A stretch of 64,000 nt of DNA, from positions 27,438,150 through 27,502,149 of the forward strand of contig NC_134026.1 of the NCBI RefSeq assembly GCF_964204645.1, written 5' to 3'. A program made the translations under genes and the position numbers. Origin of the DNA: Tubulanus polymorphus. Lineage: Eukaryota > Animalia > Nemertea. Shown one piece after another: positions 39,670-61,764 of the stretch. A model generated the notes under the pieces. That model made no database searches, was not told the DNA's origin, and saw only the letters and a list, made by a program, of their open reading frames with translations. Position 1 is the stretch's first letter. The number at the start of each line of letters is the position of its first letter.

Positions 39670-41391
39670 TTATAGATTTTGTTTTAGATATGCAATGAGA
39701 TCACTCATACACTTATCAGAAATCTCGAAATCACCGATCTGACTTAACATACCGTGGAAACCCTTTTCATAGTATTCCAAAGAAACGGGGACCTTAGCTT
39801 GTTTCAGGCGCTCTACGTAGATGAGCGCTTCATCTCTTAGCACGTCATAGCCAGCTACTATAACATGCGTCTTGGGCAACCCAGCTAGGTTAGTTGCAAT
39901 GATCGGGGTAAAAAGTGGATTCATTATAAACGGCTCTAGTCTACTAGATATTCTTGCGTCCCCACCATCCAAATCTACAGGTTTGTAATCTGCATGAATC
40001 AATTTTTCATCGAGTAATTTGTAATCAATAAACTTGCGATAGTTTCGCTTCAGAATAGATGAGAGATGGTTGTTGCTGGTCATAGCGTCTCTAACTGACT
40101 TATCAGTGATCCCCATATAACCGAGAAACTCTTCAGCGGTAAGTTCAATAGAGTTCAATTCGGGCATATATTTAGAATTCACTACATGTGATGGAAGGCT
40201 GAAATCTATCCCTTGTAACATAGGGTATATGAGAACTTGTAGATTTGGTTTAGTAGCATTGACATCTTCATTCAGTTTCAGTGCAACTCCAGCTGCCAAG
40301 TTTCCACCGGCACTATCCCCTAAAATGAAAAGAATATCGTTTAACCTAAATATTTCAACAATCCATACAATGATTTGTAAATGAGTTCTCATATGTAAAT
40401 GAGTTCTTTAAATCTTCTATATTCTTGTATTTAGTTTTTGATTTACCAATAATTCCTATTCGTCTTGGGTCAACTCGAAAATGGGATGCGTGACTCAGGA
40501 AAAATCTGGTAGCCAATTCACAATCAAACAGCGGTGTGGGAAACGGGAATTCTGGAGCGCGTCTATAACTGAGAATTCATTAAACAATCATATTTAATCA
40601 GTCAAATTGACCTTGGAGAATTGACATATTTAGTCGCTGTTGTGATGAACCGAAACTTACTCGACAGAGACAACTACTGCATTTAACTCTTTAGCCAATT
40701 TTCGTGTTATATGGTCGTGTGTGTCTAAATTGAAAAAAGAGCCACGAAAAAAGAGATTCAGATTTTCATTCGATCATTATCGATATTCAAAACAATTGTA
40801 AATCTATAATTCGTTTCATTACCGACATCCATGTACATCCAGCCGCCACCATGATAGAATACAAGGCCTGGCCTTTTACCAGTAAAACTACGGTCAAATG
40901 GTTGGTACACTCGAACTTTCACCCCGTTAAATATCTTTTCACTGATCTAGAATAGAAAATACCAAAAAATTGCCAGACTTATTTTCCCGACGTCTCAGAC
41001 ATGCTAGTGTCCAGATTTGCAATAAAATTACCTGTAACGATCGATCTGTTTCTTTTACGGCAGTCTTTCTGAGAATTAATCTTGTGACGTTTATTGGAGT
41101 TCCGAAACCGAAAAATGTCATACTGTTGCCCTATTGTGTGGATGGAAAAAGATAAGTGCGATTAATTGTTGCAAAACATTTTGGCGCCCACTTTAATTAA
41201 TTGCCGACGTTTTCTTCAGTCATATACAAACTTACCAAATACGCACCGAATTTTGCGGTGCCAAGAAATAATCTCATTTTCCATGGTTGATCTATATCGT
41301 CAGGAATCGGTGAATAGCACAGATAACTGACCAAAGCCAAAACGATGGGTATAATGAAAAATAACTGCAGAACCGTTCCTTTCAAAGACAT
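39670..41391 (-). CDS. AADAC: Arylacetamide deacetylase / neutral cholesterol ester hydrolase-like esterase (HSL family); exons 41391-41236, 41130-41032, 40946-40823, 40724-40661, 40568-40447, 40319-39670
   Basis: N-terminal membrane anchor, FYHGGGW oxyanion motif, EYRRAPEFPFP, GDSAGGNL nucleophile, YDVLRDE acid, GFHG His. All splice junctions stay in frame. Confidence 0.93.
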
Positions 41392-42543
41392 CACTGCAGT
41401 TAACCGAACTCTCTCATTGGACAATGAAAGGTCTGAAAATCAAAGACAATCAAAAGTATTTAGATTTCTCCAAGTCCAAATTCAAGCGTCTCGTCGGTTG
41501 AAGGGAATGAATCTACTAGATCGACTCATCGCTGGGTTCAATGTGAACGTAATAAATACACTGCTTGTTAAAATGTAATTATCATCTATTAAAACATGAT
41601 TTACAACATTTTTTGAGACTGTCCAATGTCAGAACCGTTAGCTCCCGGTACTTTTAGTTTGCGCCATCCAGGTACGGCATACATACTTCGCGTGATTTAA
41701 CGTTAAGTTATCACGCGAAAACATTAATTACATAGAAACAAATAATGTATTTCACCTACTTCAAAATACAAATATTACTTATTCCACGGCGTTTACGTGT
41801 TGTACTGGGAACGATGGCGGCGGCCGGCTGCAGTAGACGACCCAGTTTTATCTTGGAGTTCTTACTTATCAATGAAGAGGGCGCCCCTCTGTGCAAAAAT
41901 TGTGTTTATTAGCGGGTGTGTAATGACAGGCAAACTTTCAATGAAACGGTCGTAGGAGATGCATTAGCGCCTAACCCGCCAATAAAGGAACTTTAAAAAA
42001 ACTGAAATGTGGGATTCGATGCTAGCTTACACCAGACCGCGGTAGTGGCAAGTGAGGATTGATATTGCCAAATATGGTAGTACGTTGTGAGCAGGTGCGC
42101 GTTATTATGACGTCATACATACGAGCAGGAATTTCCCTAATATATATCAAAATATCATTTAAAAGCGAACATCTTAAGTGTAATAATTTTCGAAAAAATG
42201 TTTTAGCATTTTTATAGCATTCAATTGCCATTTACTGATTATCATCTACTTTTAACAATTATTTCCAATTTCCCATTCAGTGCGGATTCATTTTCCGGTG
42301 GACTTCCGAAAAATTTATTTTCGACGGAGATCTTCCCTTCCGTTTCGTAAATCGCATAAACAGGCTTAAAAAGTGAAATCAGCAGTCTAAGTTTCAACTC
42401 AGAGTTGTTTTGCAAAGTAAGTATTACTCGAAGATAACGAATGAAGTTCTGGTAATGGAAATAGGTGCGCAGATAGGGCTGAATTTTTATTTTATTTGAT
42501 GCCGGCCTCTCTCTTCTCGACAAAAACGCCCGTTTTTGACAAC

Positions 42544-42552
42544 CCGGAAGTG
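42544..42552 (+). promoter_or_regulatory. ETS/GABP-type CCGGAAGTG motif in the probable coronin promoter
   Basis: Exact consensus at the end of the CpG-richer region between the divergent esterase and coronin genes. Confidence 0.4.
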
Positions 42553-43909
42553 ATTTAGTGATTAATTAATCAGTCTCCACTCAGCTCATTTGAGTCATCA
42601 AACACTAAGTTTGATCTGCAAGTTCATGAAAAAAAGGTGGATTGAATCAGTTGATCACAGTATCCGTGATGAGACAATAAATGTAATCCTGGCTACAATA
42701 ATTGAATGACTGACAAAAATGTAAAGATTATTTAATCGAAATATGAATATTTTGCCGTCTAAAATGTGGTAGATTGCGTGTAGTGTATACCACACATACC
42801 TAACACTTACTGACTACCATGCTGCCAAAAATCTTTTGACATCTAGTTGTAGAGGGCTCGATGATAGAGGCGGGGCTCTCTCTAGCTACTGATGTTACTC
42901 GGTGGCGGTCTAAGCCTGCTTAAGTGTACCATATCCTACATTCAGAGCTTAAGCCAACCTGCAGTTGTAAATACAGCTTTTAGGGGTCAGTGCATGAATT
43001 TCGCTTTCAGTTCAAAGGTATATACTTAAGTAATCGGGCCGCAAAATACATTACAATGCGTGTGGCAATTAAATTTTTTTTTTCTCCTGTTCTATTCTTG
43101 ATAAGATCAAAAGAAGATCAAATGATGCCAAGACAGGTAAAAATGAAACCACATCACAAACTCTTAGAACCGTGGTTACTATTGTTATTTTATAATATTT
43201 CTTCACAACTTTCTTGGTTTTGTTCTAACTTATTGCTCATCAGGTCTGTTGGAACAGCAAATGACTGTCCTTGAGTTCCCTTATTTTCCTACAGACGACT
43301 TTGTTGTATTTTCAACCTTGGTCTTCACATTCTCTGATCTACAGTTGATAATTGTTTCTAGTTTAAGCTTTATTGACATAACTCATACAAATATATACAC
43401 ACTTCTTCTTATAGCAATGTACTTACTATATGGTGAATAAATATTTGTGGGCCTTTGTGTAAACTAATTTCTGCCACTTGCTTATGACCTCAGTCCTGAT
43501 GATTTGTTAAGCAAAATTCAATATTGATTAACGAGTTAAGGATCGTTGACAAAATGTAACAATTTTGATGAATTGACATATTTCTACAACTGAATTCACA
43601 GAGGTGCATGGATATTTCTTGGTGTTTTCAGGATATTGCCAGTTGTGTAGTGAATGTTCATTGGAAAAATGTTGTCATGATGTATTTAGGTGTACTGCAC
43701 TAGCATCCTGGTTTCCAGATAACACAATTTTCATCATCATTGTTTATATGTTCAGGAAAATTGATATGCTGGCACAACTAATCCACATTAAAACATGCAG
43801 TTAGCCAAAATGCCTGTTGTTTAATTGGATTTTTTTGTGAGATTTTGCTTTGTCTACAGACAGCAACTCAATGCTTTGCGTTTTTTTTAAACTCAAACTC
43901 AGTGCCTAA

Positions 43910-48444
<4,535 letters not shown>

Positions 48445-50705
48445 ATATTTTGTAATGAATAATCAATACGTTTTATGAGATAATGATTTTGTAGCTGTTG
48501 TATATGTGTAATATATAATCACAGAATGACCACTGTATGTATGCAATAAAACCTAAACGTACAGTGCTATTGTAACCAGACTGGTGACTCATTTTAAGGG
48601 TATTTTTGCTAGAGGCATATCCTTCAATGATTAAACCTTATTTCATGCTTCCAAAGCTCTGTGTAGTTTTACGTACTATGATGTTACATTTCTGGCTCTT
48701 GTGTCCTCGAACGATATGTACAGAACAAGAAATATGCTCAAAATGCCAAAATTTGGATTATATGTAATGCGTCATGATGTGTAATCTTATATACCGGTAA
48801 CTATATTAGAATATTTCATGTAATAGGATGTAATATATTGGAATTAGTAATCTGCTGAACATCATTGGTAAATATTACAAAATTTGATTGCCTATTGATG
48901 AAATGAATTCTCCCGATGGATAGTTTAGATTGACTAAAGGTTGTCTCCTGTTTGATCATACAACAATCTCCTAACCGAAGAGTTTTTTCTTCTTGGTTTG
49001 TACATGTATATTGGTATATATATTGTGTATGGAAAAAGATTTTGTGAATGAATATCAAACTTTTTCTACCCTGTATTAGAGACAGGGTATTGCCAAAAAC
49101 TAGAAAATTTCCAAATTTAGGCAGCAGAGAACTTATCTACCAGGTAATCATTGCTTTTGTGATTTTTGGTTGCAATGCCTCTCCAATGTTTTCATCAACA
49201 GTATTTCCTTTAACAAAGTACATGTAGGCTACACATGATGTTTTAAATGCTTGTGATATGACACCAAATTTGGTACAGTAAACTAATATTTATGGAAAAT
49301 ATACAAGATGTTCAAGTTCCTATGCAATATATTAATAATATTTTCTCATATGTTTAAACTTCATTATGTAAAAATTGTGAGATTTCAATTTTCAAAACAA
49401 CTAGCTTTAAAACCATAGGATACAATGTTTTTCCCTGTTTTCTATGCGTTGAGTATTCGATTAAGAGGGTTTTGTCTTTGTTGTGTAGAACTCTGTAAAT
49501 AGCATTGATGTTGAATTTTAAATGTGCCGACATCAACATTCCAAAAATGCAAACTAACCTTCACAACCAAAAGTGTCTCTGTAAAAATTTCACCATTACT
49601 GTACTTAACACAATTGTTTATTCTAAGAATGTTTGAATTCCTTTCTTTTATGCTCATGTGTAAGACTCGGATGTTCTGGAAATTATTTTGAAAAAGTAGA
49701 AATTAAAGCAAGTACTGATTGTTCAAACTGCTTTAATTTTATACATGGAATTTGAATGTTGATGTTCATGGTGAGGTCTATTACTTCATATTTTCAGTAA
49801 TATTTTGTAATCTTATCATTTTAAGAAATTAGAATTAAGATTGCCTTATGTATTTAGAGAATTGTATGTAGTTAATTATTTTGATTTTTGTATGTGATAA
49901 GTTTTATTAATTTAGAAATTTAAGCAACAAGAGAAAAATGTAAATAATTTTGATTTCCTCTTGATTTGGTGCCTTTTTTATACCTGTCATTGATGCTTGA
50001 AAAAGCAGAATGTGTTGCCAACATGAGCAAGCAACCACTCAAGACTATTGATCAAAAGAATTAGGTATCCTAGAATGGTAGGCTACAGTACCAACCGGTA
50101 TTTCACTAAACATAGAAATATTAATTGATTTGGTAAACTGAACAATGTAAAAATCATGACGAATTTTGAAATTAAAGCTTGTTTCAGTATCAAAGCAGTG
50201 TCTTCAGTTTTTGTATGGACTATTCTTTGAACGGATTCTTTGCGCTCTACTAGTGGTTGGATTGTAATAAGGCTAAAATCTTATCTCCTTTCTGTTGAGC
50301 TGTCAAGTTAACCCTGTAAATTACTAGGAGAAAAAAGGCGTAATTTCCATGCCTAATATCTACCGAAAACGATAGATGGCGAGTTGGTAGCTGCGTGATG
50401 GCTACTTAAATGTTTGTCTTACGCTATTTTCTAATTTATTTGCAATATTTGCGGACTGTTTATAGAAGATATTCCATACTAACAATGTCATACACATGTA
50501 TTAATAACGTTACAGATTGATGAACTGACAGAATTATCATGGGTTATTAAACTGTTCAATGCTATCTGACACTCACAGTCTGTGCCACGACGATTAGACT
50601 GGTTCCCGGTGCAATCTGCTTGATTCGTTTTGTCAACAGCTGCCTGAAAGATGAAATCAAATTATTAGATAACCTAAACGCTTCATCAACTATCTCTTAC
50701 TCAAA

Positions 50706-53520
<2,815 letters not shown>

Positions 53521-54764
53521 AACATTCAATACAACTGAAACATTCTATTTTACTGCCACTTTGTTTGATGTGTTGTTGCACATGAAATGCATCAAAAAAA
53601 CATTCAATTTGAAAAATTAACATTTCTATATGAATACTAGTTGGAATGGTGCTTCGATATCATGTCTGTAATTGTTTTATTTGATGAAACATCCTGAACT
53701 TATTTGACTCTAAGAAGTGTATAAAAAAACAAGTTTATGTATATCCGTGTATTATGTATGGTGGTATGAAAGTGTAAATATGTATTTCTCTACTGTACAA
53801 ATCCAGGTATTTTTCGAATATTTTATGAAATGATGATAATCAACAATTATCCTTACATATGTGTTCATGTAGTTCATGTATTGTTTCAAGATTTCTCTTA
53901 GTTGAGAGTGGATGAATTTTTTAAGTGCATGTGTACCGGTATTTAGAATTTTAGAAATATTGAAAACGATATTGCCGGAGTATCTTATCAGTCAGTGCTC
54001 AAATGGGATTGATGGCTGTCCTTTGCTTTTAAGCGTCTTCCTCTGATAGTAACTAAAGACTGCATTTGAAGGTTCCAACTGGTTTTTACCTTGACATGCC
54101 TCCATAAATTTACACTTTACAAGCTTTATTTTGCACTACTATGAAAGGACTAACAAAAATCTGTTTGTCTTTTAAAACTGCTTATTTTTGTATCAGTGGT
54201 TGGTTAAGGTAGGCTCTAGGTTACAATTAGACAGAATGGTCACTTGTGAAATAAATTCCATAGCCCTAGGTTTTTTGGATCATGATCTGTAGACAAGAAA
54301 AGTGATTAACCTCTGATATTTGCAATCTCTGAACAGTATTTCAGATGTTTATTCTAGTCAAAAAAGGATTGCAATGATTCAAGATTGTGTGCGTTGATTT
54401 ATCTATACTTGTCTACAGTTGGGTATGATGATTCAGATTATCCATTTCTTGATTTTCACAACAGATCCTGGAGAAAGCATTTGTTGTAAGGGTGTTGAAT
54501 GTGGTGAGGCAGGTTTATATCTAAATTGTTGATTTTAATTATTGTGAAATTTTATTGCAACTTCTACATTGTTTAATGTTATGATCGTCATCAACGAAAC
54601 TGAAGGAATTAGTTATTAAAAGCATCAATGAGAAACAAATTGGCTGTACATACAGTAGATTCCTTTCAACTCTGTACCAATAAAATCAGGAAACCATTCA
54701 TCTCGAGTTAAGATGTTATCAGTACGTTGTTTGGATTTCTCTTACAGAAATTATTTACTGATCA

Positions 54765-54914
54765 GGGGTCATTCATTTATTACGTACGCATTAGGGGAGT
54801 GGGAGGGGTCAGTGCAATTGCATACTGTAATGCTAAATGTATATGAAAAATGGCCGATTTTGCGAACAGGGGGTTGAAAAATTTAAATTTTATGCGTACG
54901 TGATGAATGATCCC
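54765..54914. mobile_element. PIF/Harbinger-type MITE, 150 bp
   Basis: Terminal inverted repeats ggggtcattcatttattacgtacgcat / atgcgtacgtgatgaatgatccc, flanked by a 3-bp target-site duplication TCA (54762-54764, 54915-54917). Confidence 0.8.
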
Positions 54915-57900
54915 TCACCGTAGAATTTGCATCATGTCTTATGTTAAGTCCATTAAATCTATAGGTAAAATTATTATTTTCGTGGTATGTCATGGTTTGT
55001 TTATTGACTGATGGACATGTGTTACCGAGTACAGCAGATCACACATTGTGTATATCTTCTGAAACATCATGTACTGTATTACAGCTGGATGAAAATAAAT
55101 TTTGAAAATGCAATTCTGTAAATATTCTTTTGTTAAGATACTCTCACTTTGGAAGTACCCATATAAATCTTAAGTGGATAAGATGAACTTCACTCTAATC
55201 ATTTCAAGGAGTCTTCTTGCTACCAATGATTACTCAATCAGTTGACATAGTTTTGTGTAAGTCACTAAGTTAAAAGCACTCTAGCTGCAAACTATGAAAC
55301 ATTTCCACAACTTCTTAACATTTGACTTAGATTTCACTAGTTCCAAGTTGACTGGAAGGCGGAAAGACCATGGAGAGATAAAGCCTATCAAAAGGACTAA
55401 CAACTTCAATATATGCTTCAATAATATCTTTTTTTTCATTAATTTTATCCAAAGTTTTACATAGGCAGATATTTTGACAGTTAAACGAAACTATTACAAA
55501 AAAAAATCTACACAAACAGGACATTCCGATGAATGTGTAGCTTATACAATACCAACCAGCCTATTCATACATATGGTTCTCCATAAAAACCAACTGAATT
55601 ATCAGCACCATTACATTTAAATCCGGTGCAATCGTGTATACAAATGAAATTCAAAAATAGCAATGAATAAGAAAGTGCTAGTAACTTTACTGAATTTCAC
55701 ATAAGTTATTGTAATATCGCAAAGCTCATCAAACTTCACCAAGTTTGATAGTTACAATGTAGCTTGCAACAATAATTGTTGAAGTCTTCCAATAGAAATA
55801 GGAATAGTAATCAACTCCAAGCAAAAGCAACTGGAAAATAATTTCCCAAATAAGGCTGACAAATACCGGTACCATGTAATAGTTAAGTTGTTAAAAATTG
55901 TAATCCTGATGAAAAGGTAGCACATTTATATATCCAATTTAACTGTGTACATAGTTTCACCACAGATACTCGTATAACGAACACATTTATTTCAGCCATC
56001 TTCAAGCCGAGGTCTTGTACCTTCATCATCATTAAGGCCATGAACTACTGAATAGTTTTTCCATGGATGATTCACTAAATAACTACATGTATTATGGAAC
56101 TATAGATGTGCACTTACCATATGATTTCAATTCGCATATAGTTCAGAATGTATACCAGTACACATACCTATACCAAGGAGCAATATCATATTTGTTTGTA
56201 TTTGAGGAATCAATGTTAGATAATACGTATCATCATTAGTAATATAATGCTGCTATCAAATGATAATAATCAAGCACTGGATCTTTTCTGGTCAATCCAA
56301 ACATTAATTAGTTGCAGCGCCTAACGTAAGTGATTGCAATAGTGTACTCAATCAAACCAACTAAAATGCCTCAATCACAACAAGTAAATCTGTAATGAAA
56401 AGCAAGTAATCCATGTTTTTGGTTGCACTCAAAAAATATCAAAATAATCATTGGAAATCAGGGGTATGTATCATACTGAGGAAAAAATAAACAAATTATA
56501 ATAAATGTGTAACTAACGATAATCTAATGCTTAATAGTTCACTACTCTACAATGATAGATTCAAAACATAAAAGAGTATTACTGTATTTACTGTCATCTT
56601 CTGATTAGGATGAAGAATTTTCTCAGTTCCACTGTTCTATAACTTTTAATATTATGTCAATCTGGTCCCACAGAGCAGAAGATGATCGTTGAGAAAATAG
56701 ATGTGACAATCTTCAACTAGACCAGCTAGAGAATATAGACATCATATATTCCCTTCAATACAATTAATCACTATCATGCATTAAATCATGGCCACCGTGT
56801 CATTTGTACTGACTTACTGAAGTCAAATAGGTCAAACACAATCTTTTGGTTAAATGAAATTTCAATGTAATATGAATGATGATGCATCTCTATCAACTGA
56901 AGGTTACTGGCTGTCTAGCACCTTTGAGAACAAAAAACTAGTTCATGAAAAATAGAGTAGGTACCGGTGAATTACCAAATTGATTATAGATCTGATGCAA
57001 GAAATATTGTTGACTGCCTACACCAAACTACTTCCACCAATAATCTATGTCCTCAATTAAAACAATTAAATGAAAACCTATGGCCAGAATTACAAATACA
57101 TGTATCCGAGAACACCGACACAGATTGCCTGTTAAATCAACTGTCATCGAGTTTAAATATCACTAAAAATTTACCCAATTACATACAGCAGTACATTGAT
57201 ATAATCCACAATCACACACCTTCTTACCCTTCTATTAGTAGATGTAAAACTTTTTTTACTATTCCAAGAAGTGCCCAACTGATAAATCATACATTTTGGT
57301 TTGGTTTCAAAAAATTAACTTTGGTTTTATAAAGAACATACATACATTTACTGATACACAACGATTATGGTAGGGTGAATTACACATACGGTATAAAAAA
57401 TTTGTCTTCTACACATTCTTTCGGCAGGTTCTGTTAAGTTTCTAACAATTGTGGAGTACCCTTCTGGCGCATTAGTTTCCAACAGAACATGCTCTACCTA
57501 TAACCAGAACAGCATAATCTGTAAACCTGAAAGAAGACCAACTTTGTAATCCCCAATTGATACCCTTAAACCAGTATACGTTCACTCAAAACCTGCATTT
57601 CGCAACAAGGACATATTATCTTTCCTAAAAACCGTGCCATTCTGCAATTTTACATGTTCTTATGACAATCACTTGAATTACATCGACTGAGATTAAGAAC
57701 TTGAAGACAGATATTAAAGGTAAAACTCCTCAAAATTCTCACACCAAGTTTGTCAGTAATGTGTCACACATGACCGCTCATATTTCTGAGACTGAATAGA
57801 ATTGATCTCATTTTACAGATTTATCACATTACACCAGTAGTTCACTGAACAATCAACTGCATGAATTCTTAATCTAAGACTAGTAAGATCAGAGCCTGAG

Positions 57901-58540
57901 CTTAAAAAATAATTACGGAGTTGAAAAAATATACCCTGAATAGGTTATTCAGGACAGCCTCACTCAAAATGAATTTAACCTTTAAATCCAAGAAACAAAT
58001 TAATTAGCTTAGAAAAACGAACTAATTTCTAAAGAAAGCAATAACTGAATAATACTGCAGCTTACTTAAGCTGTATCATATAGAATAGTCAATACATGTA
58101 CAATTAAATAAACAAGTGGTTTTCTGTTATGGAGATTGTCCTAAAAACATCAGTCAGTTGGTTTTACACTAGAAATTAAAATGACTTAATTATTGACTGA
58201 TTGAAAGAAGAAAACATGCAAAGCGATGCCGTTCGGCGTCATAATCGTTGCACCAGACTGGCAACAATTTCTAATACACAATTGCTGATGAAGATGGTAA
58301 GTGATTTTTAATCAAGAACCTGATATCATGAATCTGTCTTATTTACAAATATGAAAACAATAAAAAATAAGTGTTTTCTCTTTAGCTGCTGGATATATCA
58401 AAATGCATCTTTCATCGGTTATTTTCCGCGTTTAGCCATGGAAGCTAAACCCATGGTACAGCTTGTGGCGCTTCAATTTAAGTCTATCCATCACCATTAA
58501 TTCATAAATCCACGATTTTGCAGCTATTTGCATAAAAATT

Positions 58541-61500
58541 TCAGTTAATATCCGAATCGGAGTCAAGTGACGAAGTGTCATCATCTGCTGGGTCGACAGC
58601 AGGAGGGAGATAACTGATATGCTGTGGACTCCAACTGGGTGTTACTGAGGGTTTCATCATTTCAAATTTGTTATGTTGTTGCTGTTCTTTCACCTAAAAA
58701 TATTTTTTAAGAACACATTCAGTAATGGCGATATTGAAAGCGACACATAGGCAGTCAAACCTGCTTAAAAATTGAAACAGGAATTAACTGACCTGTTTTG
58801 AAAGATTTTGAAATTCTTTCATGTCATCTTCAGTGATAACATATTCCTCATCATCAGCTTCATTCCAACCCATTTCACGCAATAGTCTACAATCAAACAT
58901 GTACAGGCGTAATAGAAAATCAATTAAGACATATGCAGACAAAATCTACTCCGGTAACTTCCTGATAGATCTATCTACCTCTGTTCTGCTTCGAGTGAGC
59001 TCGACAATAAACATGAAGGTCCAATCTTTAAATGATCAACTTTTTCTGATAAATCTTCTGCGTCACCATTTAAAGACTAGAGATAAATACCGGTAATGAA
59101 AAACTTTGTTTAACACAAATCTAAATTCACAAATTTGTCATCTGTCATAAAGAATAATGAGAAATCTCATTTGCAAAGTACTACTTACATCACCATTTTG
59201 TTGTATTTTCTTGTTGCTGTTAATATCACAGCCTTCTTTGCGCAAAGCTTTTAGAAATTCACTTTTCTTATCACCAATATTCTTAGGCTGAGTGACAAAT
59301 CTAGTGCTCAGAATATCAACAGCTGGAGTCGGAGACAATGACTAAAATATTCAATGAAAATATCCGTTTTATCAATCTACTATCAATTTACATACGGTAG
59401 GATCCTTTTGAAGCTTACCTCTTTCATTTCACGATTTTCTTTGCCACCTTTGTGGGCAGATGGGCTAGATGTTCCATTAACATGTTCACGACCACTAAAT
59501 CCATTAATACGTGGCTGCTTACGATTGTGACCACTTTTATTGGGTACCAACGCTTTATAGATACTGGATTTACTCTCTGGGAGAGACTCTTTCCTTTGTG
59601 TGTCTGTAAATATTAATTTGCCTTACTTCATCGGGTAAAAATAAAAAGATTTGATCAACACTTTTTAACTACAACACGACAAGTAACATCAAAAACAGCA
59701 ATATACAATACAACTGAAACAATGACCATACACATCTCTAGAAAAGCAGAACTTCCACAACACTCATTCAAAATTCATCACCTTTTGGGCAATAGGATCA
59801 TGGGAAAAGTTGCAGAAAATATTAGATTATTGACAATTTCATGATAAAAATATCATCCAACTTTCCAACAGAAATGATTGGTATTCTATAATTGAAATAC
59901 AACAATAAATATGTTTTGGTGTTATTGTCAGAATAAGTAATCACATGTGCTCTAGTTATCTATATTATGTGCTGAAATACAACAGAGCAAGCAACTACAC
60001 CATCCAGAAAATCAATCATTTACAGGTAAAGGATATAAGGATATTGACTGTTACCAAATGGAAAGTATGAATTCAAACAAACTCTTCACATGCCTAGAAA
60101 TTTTACAGGTAACTTGATTTTCTGAATGGGATTTTGAAAAAATGAACATGCCTTTGCAAAAGCAAAATTAGTTAAAACGAGCGATTCCAAAACAGAAATT
60201 GACACGAACAGGTTTTTGCCAATTAATGTTACTAATCTGATTCGGAAAAGCATATTTCAAAGATTGGTGGGTAAAATCTGACCGATCTCGAAACCATTAA
60301 GAATCACGCAACATCTACACTTTGCCATGATCTATGGCAACTTACCAGGGGAACAACTGTCCAGTTGTCGTTTAGGTGAACTGCTACTAGTAACCTTAGG
60401 TGGATTGTCTGTAACGTAAGACAGAAACCAGATGCAGACACCATGAATGGTGGAGCTCTTTCTTCCGATGCAAGGCTTTATTGCCTTTTACTATTATGAG
60501 AACTTTCGTTTATTTTAATCAAACTTCATTCTAAATTGGTATTTCGTTTGCACTAAAGATATAACAGTGCACATTCTGCTGTTTTAGTCGTCTTGACCGA
60601 GAGACAGGAGATAAACATGCATGCATTGTGCTATGTGTAATTAATATACTTCTATATCTAATAAATCGATCACATGCTTGTTAAATATGTTGACAATAGA
60701 ACGTCGAGTTTATTGTGCCACTTAATGATAAAAATATTGTAATATTCAATGCAAGAGAACTGATTCAATTTACTAATTAGGAACTTACCCCAAACTCCAG
60801 CGCTTTTCCCTCTCGATTCTTCCTTTGTTTCTTTCTTATCTTTTCCTTCTCCATTCAACGATGGCTAGATAGAAAATGAGAACAAATTATGATTTTGCCT
60901 TTTTCGTGAAAGCAACTACACCCCAGTAGATTCAAATACTTACGAAATCTTGGTCATCCAGTTTGCCATTCTTTTTGTCGTTGTTTTTATCGCGACTGCC
61001 GTGGTGTCGACTGTTATTTGATCTCACATACGGCGAATAATAGTTTGCGTCGTAGAACTCATACGGATATTCATAATATGGTAATGGTGCACCAGGAGTC
61101 ATCTGCATCGAGAATAGATATGGTTACACAGAAAATTCACGGACATGTAAAGAATTTCGAATCTTCATAATTCTTACCGGCACTTGACTAAATCTTGCAT
61201 TAGGGTGTTGATATTTGCCATCTCTAAAGGTCGGACGGTAGAGCATGGGTTGTGAACGATAATGATTGCCATATTTATCAAAACTACCGTAGGCTGGAAA
61301 ATATCCATACGGGTAATGGTTAAAGTAGTCATCTTCTACAGAATTATGTCGATGACGCTGCTGTTGCCCGCGACGACGATCTGTAATTCAACAAATCAAT
61401 TTTTTCAACGATAACAAATCACGGGAACATCTTATCTATCTTGGCTTCGACGTTGATTATTCATAAAACAACAAAGTCCAAGACAAACATCATAAGAATA

Positions 61501-61764
61501 TATACCATCATAACTATCGAATGAACGTTGTTTTGGTAACTGACCGTTGTTACCGGAATCATGTCGAATTCGCTGCTCATCTTTAATGGCTTTAGTTTCT
61601 GGTTTACAACCATTCGTCGATTTCTACAAAAGAAATGCATAAAATTCACTAAGTTTACAATTTTTTCGATACGACTGATCCATTGCACAAAATCTTACCC
61701 CATCCGTTGGTATTTTAAGCCATGCTGGAGCAAAATCATTTTTAGGTGCGCGATTAGCAGCCAT
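58541..61764 (-). CDS. GPBP1L1: Vasculin / GC-rich promoter binding protein family; exons 61764-61699, 61623-61554, 61380-61178, 61102-60944, 60864-60789, 60408-60346, 59603-59419, 59341-59189, 59076-58979, 58886-58793, 58693-58541
   Basis: N-terminal NDFAPAWLKIP, central DFPSL and GVWDNPP, IYKALVP, DKKSEFLKALR, C-terminal LSSSLEAEQRLLREMGW and an acidic tail. Eleven exons join in frame. Likely the co-ortholog of GPBP1 and GPBP1L1. Confidence 0.9.

Noticed and set aside
42843-42950. Hairpin with atgata...ctga suggesting a C/D snoRNA
   Set aside because: The C box is imperfect, the spacing is too short, and there is no recognisable guide.
56967-57332. 121-aa plus-strand ORF
   Set aside because: GTG start, no motifs or splice support; lies antisense to the probable long vasculin 3' UTR.
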